DNA of 64,000 nt from Candidatus Amesbacteria bacterium GW2011_GWB1_47_19 (GTDB lineage: Bacteria; Patescibacteriota; Microgenomatia; CAZETR01; Amesbacteraceae), in the NCBI GenBank assembly GCA_001002325.1, contig LCNZ01000002.1:7093-71092 (forward strand), in the 5' to 3' direction. A program made the position numbers and the translations under genes. Under the pieces are notes generated by a model that was given only the letters and a program-made list of their open reading frames with translations, was not told where the DNA came from and did not search any database. This document shows positions 19,122-28,182 of the stretch, piece after piece. Numbering within the stretch: position 1 is the first letter of the stretch; the number at the start of each line of letters is the position of its first letter.

Positions 19122-20441
19122 ATGATAAATGGATTCAAAAATATTTTATTAAACAAGACGGATGATCTTCATAAACTGATATTTAGTCAACCCATGGGAA
19201 AAGAAATGACAAGTTTTACCAGGAATCTAACATGGACAGTTTTTGGCCTGGGTACATCCTCAGCTATTATCTTCGCGATTAACCTCCTTGCCGGAAGATT
19301 ATTAGCACCCGTTGAGTACGGAAAATACAATCTGGTTCTCAGTTTGTCACAAATTATTATGGTGTTTTCAGTATTTGGTATAGATATGGCTGCTGTAAAT
19401 TTCATTGCCAAATCAAAGAGTGAAACGGATAAGAAAGTTGTCGTATCAACTTCTCTTATGTTAATAACACTTAACTTAATCATGGTTGTTATCGGGACAA
19501 CTCTGTTTTTGAAACTGACCGATATTGCTGATTATTTTGAAATTAGTATGGTGATTTCGATTTTGATATATACAGCTCTATACTCATTTAGAAATGTTAC
19601 TGACGGAATCATGAGAGGATTACATAAATTTAAAGCTCAGTCGCTCTTGAGAATGGTTGAAGTTGGGGTTACCTTATTAACATTCTATTTAATGTTCTTT
19701 ATTGTCAAAAAATATGTATACACCGCTAATCTATTTGCTACACTCACGGGTGTTTTTGCCCTCGTTATCATCTATATCATCTATATAAAACACTATTTAT
19801 TCAAGTTTGACAGAATAATATTAATAGACTTAATGAAATACGGTGGGTTATTTTTCACTAGTGGAGTCGCCGGGGTCGTCTTTGGTCAATTAGACAAAAT
19901 TATTGTAACCACGAGTCTGGGAATTAGCTCATTTGGTTTGTACAGTGCATATTTCACAGCCTCAGGATTGGTTTCAATCAATTTGGCCGGGGTTGTAATC
20001 AACGTCTTTTTCCCAGCTGTATCAAAAGAGCCTAATAAATTACCGATTTACCATAAGTTAAATAGATTAACTGCTTACACAATCTTACCCTTGTTTATGT
20101 TAATGGTAATAATTGTCAGTGTGGCAATGAAAATATTTGGATCAAAATATCAATTTAATTTGGAATATATTCTGCTTTTCAGTATTTTGTCGGTACTTCA
20201 GTTCTTTTATTCCATCAATAATTCATTAATTACCACAATTTCGAGAAATTTATTTATCAAGTCAATTGTGTTTTCAATCCTGATTAGCACGTTCTATTTA
20301 TGTGGATATCTGATATTTATATGTTTATCTTTAATAACTATCACGACCGTAGTAACTTTAATGATCTCTTATGTCATATGCTTGATGTGGATGCAGCGGA
20401 TTATATTAAGGAATTACTTCGGATCTGGTCTGATAAAATGA
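19122..20441 (+). CDS. Wzx-type oligosaccharide flippase
   Basis: About 12 TM segments. GRLLAPVEYGKYNL, LDKIIV...LG...FGLYSAY, VFFP motifs. Confidence 0.85.
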   Translation: MINGFKNILLNKTDDLHKLIFSQPMGKEMTSFTRNLTWTVFGLGTSSAIIFAINLLAGRLLAPVEYGKYNLVLSLSQIIMVFSVFGIDMAAVNFIAKSKSETDKKVVVSTSLMLITLNLIMVVIGTTLFLKLTDIADYFEISMVISILIYTALYSFRNVTDGIMRGLHKFKAQSLLRMVEVGVTLLTFYLMFFIVKKYVYTANLFATLTGVFALVIIYIIYIKHYLFKFDRIILIDLMKYGGLFFTSGVAGVVFGQLDKIIVTTSLGISSFGLYSAYFTASGLVSINLAGVVINVFFPAVSKEPNKLPIYHKLNRLTAYTILPLFMLMVIIVSVAMKIFGSKYQFNLEYILLFSILSVLQFFYSINNSLITTISRNLFIKSIVFSILISTFYLCGYLIFICLSLITITTVVTLMISYVICLMWMQRIILRNYFGSGLIK

Positions 20442-20489
20442 CATCTTCTTAATATATAATGCAGCGTTAAAGAGAGCTTAATCAAAAAA

Positions 20490-21320
20490 ATGAAATTGTC
20501 ACCCGAAGCTAAAACAGTAGTTGAATTAGTTAGAGAATGTGGATTGATTGCCCGACAACAAAGATTGGGGGATTTATCAGTGGAGGATGTGGCTGGTAAA
20601 GGTTTGATCTCAAAGGGGGATCTAAAAGTAGATGGATGGATAAAACATAGAGTTGGTTCGCTATTCCCCGGCTACGTTACTCTTTCTGAAGAATCAGAAA
20701 ATGAATTATCTTTTTCACAGTTACAGATGGAAAACGTAATCGTAGCTGACCCCATCGATGGAACGAGGTGGTACAAAGACGGTGGAAACTTATGGACGAT
20801 TTCCCTGGCATTAGTTGTCCACGGAGTTATTAATATCGGTGTAATCCATCAACCCGACACAAACACTCTTTGGTTGGCCGAAAAAGGCCAAGGTGCCTAT
20901 AGAAAGCGCAACGGGAAACGACCCGAACCAATTAAAACTCTAAATGAGACAAAACTTTCTAGAGTGAAAATTGGGGTTGGGAGTAATATGTCAACTGTTG
21001 AAACCAGACGAACGATGTTAGGATTGTTAAATTACCTAATAGAAGACAGTCGTGGGCCATATATTATGGCAAGTACAGCATTGGAATTAGCTCTGGTCGC
21101 CTCAGGTATCGTATTGGCCGGAGATATCCATCCCCAGGCTAAACCCTGGGACAAAGCTGCTGGCATGCTTATAATTGAAGAAGCGGGTGGTGCGGTTGGT
21201 GGATGGCCGGGCAGGGAAACAGTATTCGAAAATGGTTTAGTTGCCGCCGCTAACTTAATGTTATATAATCAGCTCGTTGAATTAGTAAAAGCGGCAGAAT
21301 GTTATGACAAAGGAAAATAA
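20490..21320 (+). CDS. Inositol monophosphatase family phosphatase
   Basis: SEES, DPIDGT, WDKAAGMLIIEEAGG motifs. Confidence 0.9.
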   Translation: MKLSPEAKTVVELVRECGLIARQQRLGDLSVEDVAGKGLISKGDLKVDGWIKHRVGSLFPGYVTLSEESENELSFSQLQMENVIVADPIDGTRWYKDGGNLWTISLALVVHGVINIGVIHQPDTNTLWLAEKGQGAYRKRNGKRPEPIKTLNETKLSRVKIGVGSNMSTVETRRTMLGLLNYLIEDSRGPYIMASTALELALVASGIVLAGDIHPQAKPWDKAAGMLIIEEAGGAVGGWPGRETVFENGLVAAANLMLYNQLVELVKAAECYDKGK

Positions 21321-21519
21321 ATCATTTGAAAGAAAATTAATGGATAGGTTTGACTTTGAAATCGATGGTGGATCTACTTTGATAATTCCCGATGACACAA
21401 GTTTCGTAGGTTTGATGTTTGCACGAATAATTGCAAATAGATTTATGGTAGATTTTGTTGAAAAAAAGAACGGAACAAGGCTGAGTTTTAATGGTTGGAA
21501 AATATGGCACAGGGGATAA
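21304..21519 (+). CDS. Hypothetical protein (71 aa)
   Basis: ATG ORF filling the gap and overlapping both neighbours; no motif recognised. Confidence 0.5.
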   Translation: MTKENKSFERKLMDRFDFEIDGGSTLIIPDDTSFVGLMFARIIANRFMVDFVEKKNGTRLSFNGWKIWHRG

Positions 21520-22112
21520 ATAAATCTCCTGCTTTTATTATTGATAGGGATGGGGTTATTAACCGAATGGTGAATTATTCGGGTCAGTGGGATTCACCCC
21601 AAAAACCCAAAGATGTCCGGTTGGTCGATGGTATAGTAGACATTTTGCACTGGTTAAATGAGAGACATATTCCGATAATCGAAATTTCCAACCAGCCTGG
21701 GATAGCCAAGGGTAAAATGACACAAGAAACCTCAGACGCAATTGAAAACAGGGTCCACCAGCTGTTGGCATCCCGGGGTGTCAGAATTGATAAAACATAC
21801 ATTTGCCCCCATCATCCCAAGGGTGTAGTGCCGGAATTGACACGTGAGTGCGATTGCCGTAAACCCAAAGCGGGCTTATTTATTAAAGCGGCTAAAGATT
21901 TAGGTATAAACTTCTCAGAAAGTGTAATGCTTGGCGATAAAGCCTCTGATATTCAAGCGGGAGATGCTGTGGGCTGTAAAACCGTACTGTATCTTCACAA
22001 TGAAGACCAACCGGAAAAAATCGAACAGACCAAAAGGGCCCGTGCTGACCATCAAGTCACCCGAGTTCAAGAAGTACTTGAAATATTACCTAAAATTTTT
22101 AAATTAGTTTAA
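21504..22112 (+). CDS. gmhB: GmhB-like sugar-bisphosphate phosphatase (HAD IIIA)
   Basis: DRDGVIN, SNQPGI, CPHHP...CDCRKP zinc site, GDKASD. ATG 21504 preferred over 21495. Confidence 0.9.
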   Translation: MAQGINKSPAFIIDRDGVINRMVNYSGQWDSPQKPKDVRLVDGIVDILHWLNERHIPIIEISNQPGIAKGKMTQETSDAIENRVHQLLASRGVRIDKTYICPHHPKGVVPELTRECDCRKPKAGLFIKAAKDLGINFSESVMLGDKASDIQAGDAVGCKTVLYLHNEDQPEKIEQTKRARADHQVTRVQEVLEILPKIFKLV

Positions 22113-22851
22113 AACTCCTATCTTTCTTCGCATCAAGGTAAGCTTGATCGAATTGGTTAAGTGTCTCAGTCAGCCTCTTTGACTCCAGCGATTTCTGCAA
22201 TACTTCAGATGTAACGGTTACAATATGAGCCCCTAATGAAAAGGCGATTCTAATTTGTTCTGAAGACCTGACGCTTCCAATAATCACTCTAACATTATTC
22301 AAATTTTGGTTTCTAATATAATTTAATAGAGAAATCAATGTCTCTTGTGCTCCAGGACCTTCCTGATATTTAGACTTGCTTTCTTCAGATCTTCCCCAGA
22401 ATAAGCTTATATATTGAGCACCTGCTTCTGCAGCTAGAGCCAGCTGGGCGAAGCTAATACCAACCGTGGCGTTAACTGTAATTCCTTTTTTAATCATGTT
22501 TCGGATCATCCCAAAACTCCTTCCATCGGGTAATATGGGGATTTTAATAACTGCATTGCTAGGATATTTTGCATGGTATTTGTCAGCCAGCGAGTACATA
22601 TCGGAATCAGACATTTTGGAATAGGGAATCTCGACAGATACCGGGAAGTTATCACCCACCAGAAAGCATATTTTATGAAGATGCTCTGGAATATTAACCA
22701 CGCCATCTTTCTGAAGTATCATAGGATTTGTGGTAATTCCTTTGATTACGGAACTCCATTTTTTTATCTCCTCTAGCTTACTAGAATCAAGAAAAAAACC
22801 TGAAATTCCGGAAAGCCGGTTACTTTTTTCCATTCGCTTTTCCATTATCAA
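22099..22851 (-). CDS. tal: Transaldolase (short TalC/FSA fold)
   Basis: FFLDS, GITTNP, PVSVE (Glu), Schiff-base VIKIP, ISLFWGR (Phe). The Glu/Phe pair indicates a transaldolase rather than FSA. Confidence 0.85.
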   Translation of the reverse strand: MIMEKRMEKSNRLSGISGFFLDSSKLEEIKKWSSVIKGITTNPMILQKDGVVNIPEHLHKICFLVGDNFPVSVEIPYSKMSDSDMYSLADKYHAKYPSNAVIKIPILPDGRSFGMIRNMIKKGITVNATVGISFAQLALAAEAGAQYISLFWGRSEESKSKYQEGPGAQETLISLLNYIRNQNLNNVRVIIGSVRSSEQIRIAFSLGAHIVTVTSEVLQKSLESKRLTETLNQFDQAYLDAKKDRSFKLI

Positions 22852-23461
22852 AATCCTTAATCATCTGTCGTAATGTAAATATTATTCCATGTGTGAGTAC
22901 GACATGAAATGCTTCTATAGCCGGTGTGCCGTAGACTTCATTTATGACTGGAACTACCAGGCAGACATTAGCCATTTGTTTCATAGCTCCTCCATCAAAT
23001 CCGGAAAATCCCAGGATTTTTGCACCTCGCGATTTTGCTAATTTCATTGCTGCTACCATATTCTGAGACCAGGGACCGGCATCTCCCATACCACTTCCTC
23101 CGTGTACCGAGAATCCCACTAAAACATCGTTCTTTGCCAACCAAGGTTCCAGTTGTTCGGCAAAAACTGTTCCCCAACCGCTATCATTCGTCCAGGCGCT
23201 AACCAATGGAATATTATCTACCAGCGACATGGCCTTGAACCGTTTCTTGTGAGGGATGATTGTGGTTTTTGCTAAATCAGATGCAAAATGGGTAGCTGTC
23301 GATGCGGAACCACCGCACCCCATCACAAATATTGTTCCGGAATTCTTCCAAGTCTCAAATAGAATATCTATTGCTTTATCCAATTCTTTTCCGCTTCCCA
23401 AAAATGTTGCGGACTTGATGATTTCAAAAAAATATTCTTTAAAAGTGAATTGTTGATTCAT
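22820..23461 (-). CDS. SIS-domain ketose-phosphate isomerase, divergent GmhA-like
   Basis: GCGGSASTATHFASDL, AWTND, GFDGG, EAFHVVLTH motifs. Confidence 0.85.
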   Translation of the reverse strand: MNQQFTFKEYFFEIIKSATFLGSGKELDKAIDILFETWKNSGTIFVMGCGGSASTATHFASDLAKTTIIPHKKRFKAMSLVDNIPLVSAWTNDSGWGTVFAEQLEPWLAKNDVLVGFSVHGGSGMGDAGPWSQNMVAAMKLAKSRGAKILGFSGFDGGAMKQMANVCLVVPVINEVYGTPAIEAFHVVLTHGIIFTLRQMIKDFDNGKANGKK

Positions 23462-23481
23462 AAAGAAGTATCCCTATAATA

Positions 23482-24492
23482 TCACACCCTTTTAACATTC
23501 TCAGTTCTTTCAACTTGCCTGTAAATGTTTTCAATTATTTTCATCGTTTCCAATCCGTCAGATCCGGTTCCCAACAATTTTTCTTTCCCTGAAATAGCAT
23601 TCTTAAAATTAATCCACTCTCTTTTCCACGAAGGATCAGGTTCGGAAAACTTCCAAACCCGTTCCTTTGGAGCCATACCGGGTGTTCTGAGACCTAATAC
23701 CAGGGTCTCAGTACCATAAGACCCACCCAAGCCGTTTACTTTTAAATAAGCTTCCGTTCCATAGACTTCGAAAATAAATCTATTTTTCCATTCTGTCCAA
23801 CTTGCATGGAGTTCGGCAATACCGTTTTCTCCCCTAAGCAATAAAAAGGCATTGTCTTCGACTCGCACCGGCCAATATGAAGTCGTCAATTCTGCCTTAA
23901 TTGATGAAAACGTTCCCATAAACCACAATACCAAGTCAATTAGATGTGATCCCTGGTCTATTAATTCTCCGCCACCGGATAACATTGGATTCATCCGCCA
24001 CTCTTTTTCATATCCTGGCCTCCCCCCGATACCGTATGTAGATTTTATATACATTATATTGCCGATCTTACCTTTCACAAAAATCTTATAAGCTTTAAAT
24101 ATCGCCGGATGAAATCGGTGGTTATAGCCAGTTTTGTAAATCAAACCTCTTTTTCTTGCCTCATTCACACAATTCGTTATTTCTTTGACATTCAACCCTA
24201 AAGGTTTTTCGCATAGCACATGTTTTCCGGATATTAAAGCAGATTTGGAAATTTCTGCCAAACGGTTATGAGTAGTAGAAACTATAACTGCATTAATATG
24301 TAGATCAGAGACAACATCTTGCCAATTGTCTGAATATTTACAATTGTTCAATCTATTGGACAAGGATTCGGCTTTGGATATGTCAGTATCAGCCACCCGG
24401 AATACAGTATCCCTTCCCAGCAGCTTTATAACTTCAGCTCTTTTTGTTCCAATTATACCTGCCCCGATAATACCAATTTTCATTATATTCAA
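23482..24492 (-). CDS. Gfo/Idh/MocA family oxidoreductase
   Basis: IGIIGAGIIG, HVLCEKP, GYNHRF, GGGELIDQGSHLID motifs. Confidence 0.9.
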   Translation of the reverse strand: MNIMKIGIIGAGIIGTKRAEVIKLLGRDTVFRVADTDISKAESLSNRLNNCKYSDNWQDVVSDLHINAVIVSTTHNRLAEISKSALISGKHVLCEKPLGLNVKEITNCVNEARKRGLIYKTGYNHRFHPAIFKAYKIFVKGKIGNIMYIKSTYGIGGRPGYEKEWRMNPMLSGGGELIDQGSHLIDLVLWFMGTFSSIKAELTTSYWPVRVEDNAFLLLRGENGIAELHASWTEWKNRFIFEVYGTEAYLKVNGLGGSYGTETLVLGLRTPGMAPKERVWKFSEPDPSWKREWINFKNAISGKEKLLGTGSDGLETMKIIENIYRQVERTENVKRV

Positions 24493-25475
24493 AAATTTAC
24501 TAAGGTTTTGACCCCTTCATTATCAAAATGTATCAGCATTTCTGTTAAACCGGCCTTTGACATGGATTTTCTTAATTTTGATTTATCTCCTGGACAACAA
24601 AATAATAAAAATCCTCCCCCCCCCGCTCCGATTATCTTACCCCCGAGAGCACCGGCATCTTTTGCCTGTTCGTACCAATTATCTATTTTCACACTGCTTA
24701 TCGCCTTTGATAATTTTCTTTTATATTGCCAATGTACATCCAACAATTTTCCGAATTGCTCTATTTTGCCATTTTCCAAAGCTTTAAAAATTTCATCACC
24801 TAATTCTTTTATAAAATGCAGATTATTTATTACCTGAGAATCATTTTTAGTAGTAGATCGATTTTGTTTGGAAAGAATCTTCCCGCTGGCCCGGCTGATT
24901 CCGGTAAAAAAAAGTACAAAACTATTTTCTAGATCTCTTAAAGCGTGGGGAGACACGTCAGGTTTAATAACCTCCACCTGCCCTTTTTTATTAATTTCCA
25001 TCCTGGTCAATCCGCCAAAAGCAGCCATATACTGATCCTGTTTTCCCACCGGTTTTTTTAGAATCTCAATTTCAATTTTGCATGCATCTTCAGCCAATCG
25101 TCTGGAACTTACTACTTCCCCCTTTAAATCATAAAGAGCTTTCAAAGTAGATACCAGGAAACTTCCCGATGAACCCATTCCAGTGCCATGAGGTAGATCA
25201 GCCACCCATGCCAATTCAACATTTTTGGTCACGCCCGTCAATTTCAAAGCTTCCTTAGCCAAGTCATGATTTACCTCGTTAACAGAGTCAACGGTTTCCG
25301 AATCGGAATATTTTAACCGGATTAATTTATCACTTACCGGTCGATTGGCAGTAGTATAAATATACTTATTGATGGATACTGATATTAATCTACCCCCGAA
25401 TTTTGTGTAGTAAGAAGGAAGATCGGTACCCCCACCTCCGAGGGGTATTCTGAATGGAGCGCGTACCATAATCAT
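24489..25475 (-). CDS. hddA: GHMP sugar-phosphate 1-kinase (HddA/LmbP-like)
   Basis: RAPFRIPLGGGGTD, PHGTGMGSSG, GKQDQY, GGKIIGAGGGGF motifs. Confidence 0.85.
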   Translation of the reverse strand: MIMVRAPFRIPLGGGGTDLPSYYTKFGGRLISVSINKYIYTTANRPVSDKLIRLKYSDSETVDSVNEVNHDLAKEALKLTGVTKNVELAWVADLPHGTGMGSSGSFLVSTLKALYDLKGEVVSSRRLAEDACKIEIEILKKPVGKQDQYMAAFGGLTRMEINKKGQVEVIKPDVSPHALRDLENSFVLFFTGISRASGKILSKQNRSTTKNDSQVINNLHFIKELGDEIFKALENGKIEQFGKLLDVHWQYKRKLSKAISSVKIDNWYEQAKDAGALGGKIIGAGGGGFLLFCCPGDKSKLRKSMSKAGLTEMLIHFDNEGVKTLVNF

Positions 25476-26185
25476 AAATTCTTTCTCCTGATGTGTTCAC
25501 TGGTCTTTAACAGGGAATCAAATGTTCCCATATCTGACCAATAGTCATTTTTCTTCAACAATATTAACTGTCCAATTTTAAGATATTCATTATTTAGATC
25601 CGTTATTTCTAATTCTCCCCGGGTTGACGGTCTAATTTTATCTATCATATCAAATACCCGGTTATCATAAAAATGTGGCCCCGTCACTACCAGGTTAGAA
25701 TTAGCCTTTTGCGCTTTTTCTTCAATCGATATTAATTTACCCCGACTGTCATATTTCGGAATTGCAAAACGATTGAATTCGGATGTTTTCCGTAAAAAAG
25801 ACATGGCGCCTGTGGCGAAAGCAGACACTTCGGATTTAAAATCATTTTCGTAATAATTATCACCCGCACAAACCATTATTGATTGATTTTGTGTAAATTT
25901 TCGGCATCTCAAAATAGCGTCGGACATTCCTGCTGGTGTCGGTTGTTCAACGTAGGTCAGCCGGACATCCCATTTCGCCGGTATATGATTCATCAACATT
26001 CTTATCTGGTTTCCGTGTGGTGGACCGCTAATAACCGCAATATCTTTTATTCCGGAGGAAAATATTGTGTGCAAGGGATAAAAAAACATCGGCAGGTTCC
26101 AAACCAGTAAAGCGTGTTTATTTACAGCCTTCGTAACTGGATTCAATCTGGTGCCTGTTCCCCCGGTCAGAACAATACCTTTCAT
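25472..26185 (-). CDS. Sugar-1-phosphate nucleotidyltransferase (short RmlA-like)
   Basis: GGTGTRLNPVT..NKH, GDN, IEEK, RGELEITD, WSDMGT motifs. Confidence 0.9.
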   Translation of the reverse strand: MKGIVLTGGTGTRLNPVTKAVNKHALLVWNLPMFFYPLHTIFSSGIKDIAVISGPPHGNQIRMLMNHIPAKWDVRLTYVEQPTPAGMSDAILRCRKFTQNQSIMVCAGDNYYENDFKSEVSAFATGAMSFLRKTSEFNRFAIPKYDSRGKLISIEEKAQKANSNLVVTGPHFYDNRVFDMIDKIRPSTRGELEITDLNNEYLKIGQLILLKKNDYWSDMGTFDSLLKTSEHIRRKNL

Positions 26186-26187
26186 TT

Positions 26188-27309
26188 CTAGATATTTTTG
26201 ACTTTTCTGATAACTTTTTGTCGAATCATATTTTTCATTGCTTCATTTGAAACATCCTCTATCCTGCCTTGGGTAAGTAACCAATCCCGATATGCCGCCA
26301 GTGATTTTTCCAGACTAACCTTTGGAATCCAACCCAATTTATTTAATCGGGATATATCAGATACCGTAGAGCGGGTATCACCAACACGAAATATTCCTGG
26401 AATTTGTGGTTCAAGCTTGCTATTAAATACTTTTAACATAGTCCGGGCAAACTCAATAGCGCTATATGCTTTACCGCCACCTACGAAGAATATCTCATTA
26501 TTTGCTCTGGGATCTTCAAGCACAATCAAATTAGCCCGGGCGACGTCAGCACAATTAACATAATCCCTTAATCCCATTCCGTCTTCAACCAATATTGGAG
26601 GTTTATTATTAAGAATTCTCATAGCAAACACTCTTAAGATTCCGGAATAGGCGTTGTAGATTGAATTGCGTGGTCCCTGAACATAAGTATATCTCAAACA
26701 TACCGTGGGTATTAAATATTTTTTTCCTAATGTTTGAGCTAATAACTCAACTGCATACTTGGATATACCATATGTCGTAATAGGCCGACATATATCTTCG
26801 GTCATTAGTACATTTTTGCATTCCCGCTTACATGTCGGACATCTAATTTCCCATTGCCCCGTTTCCAATTGTTCAATCGGTCTGGGTTCAGCCCAGAATT
26901 CTCCATGATTTTTACAATTCCATTTTCCGTCTCCCGCCACTGCTTGCGAGGAGGCAAAAACAATCTTTTTTATTGGTAACCTATTAGCTAATATAAGCTC
27001 AAACATTAGAGCCGTGCTTTCGGTATTTGTGTGGATAAAATGGCCAAAATCTGGCATGTAATCCTGATATGCCGCCATATGAAAAACGGCATCGACACCC
27101 CTCAAACTTCGGTATAAATCTTTGGGGCTACTGACATCACCGAGAATAAATTCAGCTTCTGGGGGGATATAACCGGGCTTGCCTTTAGGATGAACTCTTC
27201 TTTGCAGAGAATCCAGAATTCTTACCTTATACCCTTTCGATATCAGCAAGTCGACAGTATGAGATCCGATAAAACCTGCGCCTCCGGTAACTAAAACATG
27301 CTTATACAC
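26188..27309 (-). CDS. NAD-dependent sugar epimerase/dehydratase
   Basis: VLVTGGAGFIGSH, ASSQAVAG, YGISK motifs and a CxxH/CPTC insertion. GTG 27309 chosen because the track's 27447 start overlaps the divergent SDR. Confidence 0.85.
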   Translation of the reverse strand: MYKHVLVTGGAGFIGSHTVDLLISKGYKVRILDSLQRRVHPKGKPGYIPPEAEFILGDVSSPKDLYRSLRGVDAVFHMAAYQDYMPDFGHFIHTNTESTALMFELILANRLPIKKIVFASSQAVAGDGKWNCKNHGEFWAEPRPIEQLETGQWEIRCPTCKRECKNVLMTEDICRPITTYGISKYAVELLAQTLGKKYLIPTVCLRYTYVQGPRNSIYNAYSGILRVFAMRILNNKPPILVEDGMGLRDYVNCADVARANLIVLEDPRANNEIFFVGGGKAYSAIEFARTMLKVFNSKLEPQIPGIFRVGDTRSTVSDISRLNKLGWIPKVSLEKSLAAYRDWLLTQGRIEDVSNEAMKNMIRQKVIRKVKNI

Positions 27310-27316
27310 AGCGCAT

Positions 27317-27326
27317 ATTATATAAT
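27317..27326. promoter_or_regulatory. Palindromic double -10 box ATTATATAAT
   Basis: Gives TATAAT on both strands: 7 nt before GTG 27309 (-) and 10 nt before ATG 27337 (+). Confidence 0.65.
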
Positions 27327-27336
27327 AATTTTCCGG

Positions 27337-28182
27337 ATGAAAAAAAAGATCGCTATCGTCACTGGTGGTGCGAGAGGTATAGGGGCAGCCATAGCTCAGA
27401 GGATTGCCGGAGAAAATTACCACGTGGTCATATGTTCCAGATCTCAACAGGAAATTGATGATTTTATTAAGACTATGTCCCGATTGAAGTTACAATTATC
27501 CGGATTAGTAACTGACATCTCGAAATTTGGCCAATGTCAGAGATTATTTAACTTTATTCAGGGATTAAATGGAGAACTGGAAATATTGGTTAACAATGCC
27601 GGGATTTACGGACCTATAGGTAAGCTGGAAGAAAATTCGTATTTGGAATGGGAAGATACTATCAGGATTAATTTGCTCGGTACAGTTTACTGTACTCAAC
27701 TGGCAATTCCCATTATGCAGAAAAGAAAATCGGGGAAAATCATCAACATCTGCGGTGGGGGAGTGGGAGGAAAGGATCCTCTGGCTCGATTTTCAGCTTA
27801 TTATACATCCAAAACCGCCATAGCAGGATTTACTGAGGTAACAGCGGCTGAATTGGCCGAATACAATATTCAGGTTAATTGTATCGCTCCGGGTGCTGTA
27901 AATAGTCGTTTTACAGTCTACTTAATTTCTCAGGGGCGAAACAAAGCCGGAGATGAAATGTACACCAAAGCCATAAAGCAAAAAAAGACTGGAGGAGATT
28001 CTCCGGAATTAGCGGCAAGACTTGTATCATTTTTAATTTCAAATAAAGCAAACCATATCTCAGGCTGCTTACTAAGTGCTAAATGGGATAAGAAGGGGGA
28101 ACTGTCGGACTCTCGCACTTTCACTCCAAATCTATACAAATTAAGAAGAATTGACAACCGGAACTTCTGGGATCATGAATAA
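27337..28182 (+). CDS. Classical SDR oxidoreductase (FabG-like)
   Basis: TGGARGIG, NNAG, YYTSK (YxxxK), VNCIAPG motifs; ATG 27337. Confidence 0.9.
   Translation: MKKKIAIVTGGARGIGAAIAQRIAGENYHVVICSRSQQEIDDFIKTMSRLKLQLSGLVTDISKFGQCQRLFNFIQGLNGELEILVNNAGIYGPIGKLEENSYLEWEDTIRINLLGTVYCTQLAIPIMQKRKSGKIINICGGGVGGKDPLARFSAYYTSKTAIAGFTEVTAAELAEYNIQVNCIAPGAVNSRFTVYLISQGRNKAGDEMYTKAIKQKKTGGDSPELAARLVSFLISNKANHISGCLLSAKWDKKGELSDSRTFTPNLYKLRRIDNRNFWDHE

Noticed and set aside
27310-27447. N-terminal extensions in the ORF track (26188..27447; also 27298, 28151, 32994, 52704, 57155, 61333)
   Set aside because: The extensions overlap neighbouring genes and precede the family's normal first motif; downstream starts fit -10 boxes or stop-start coupling.
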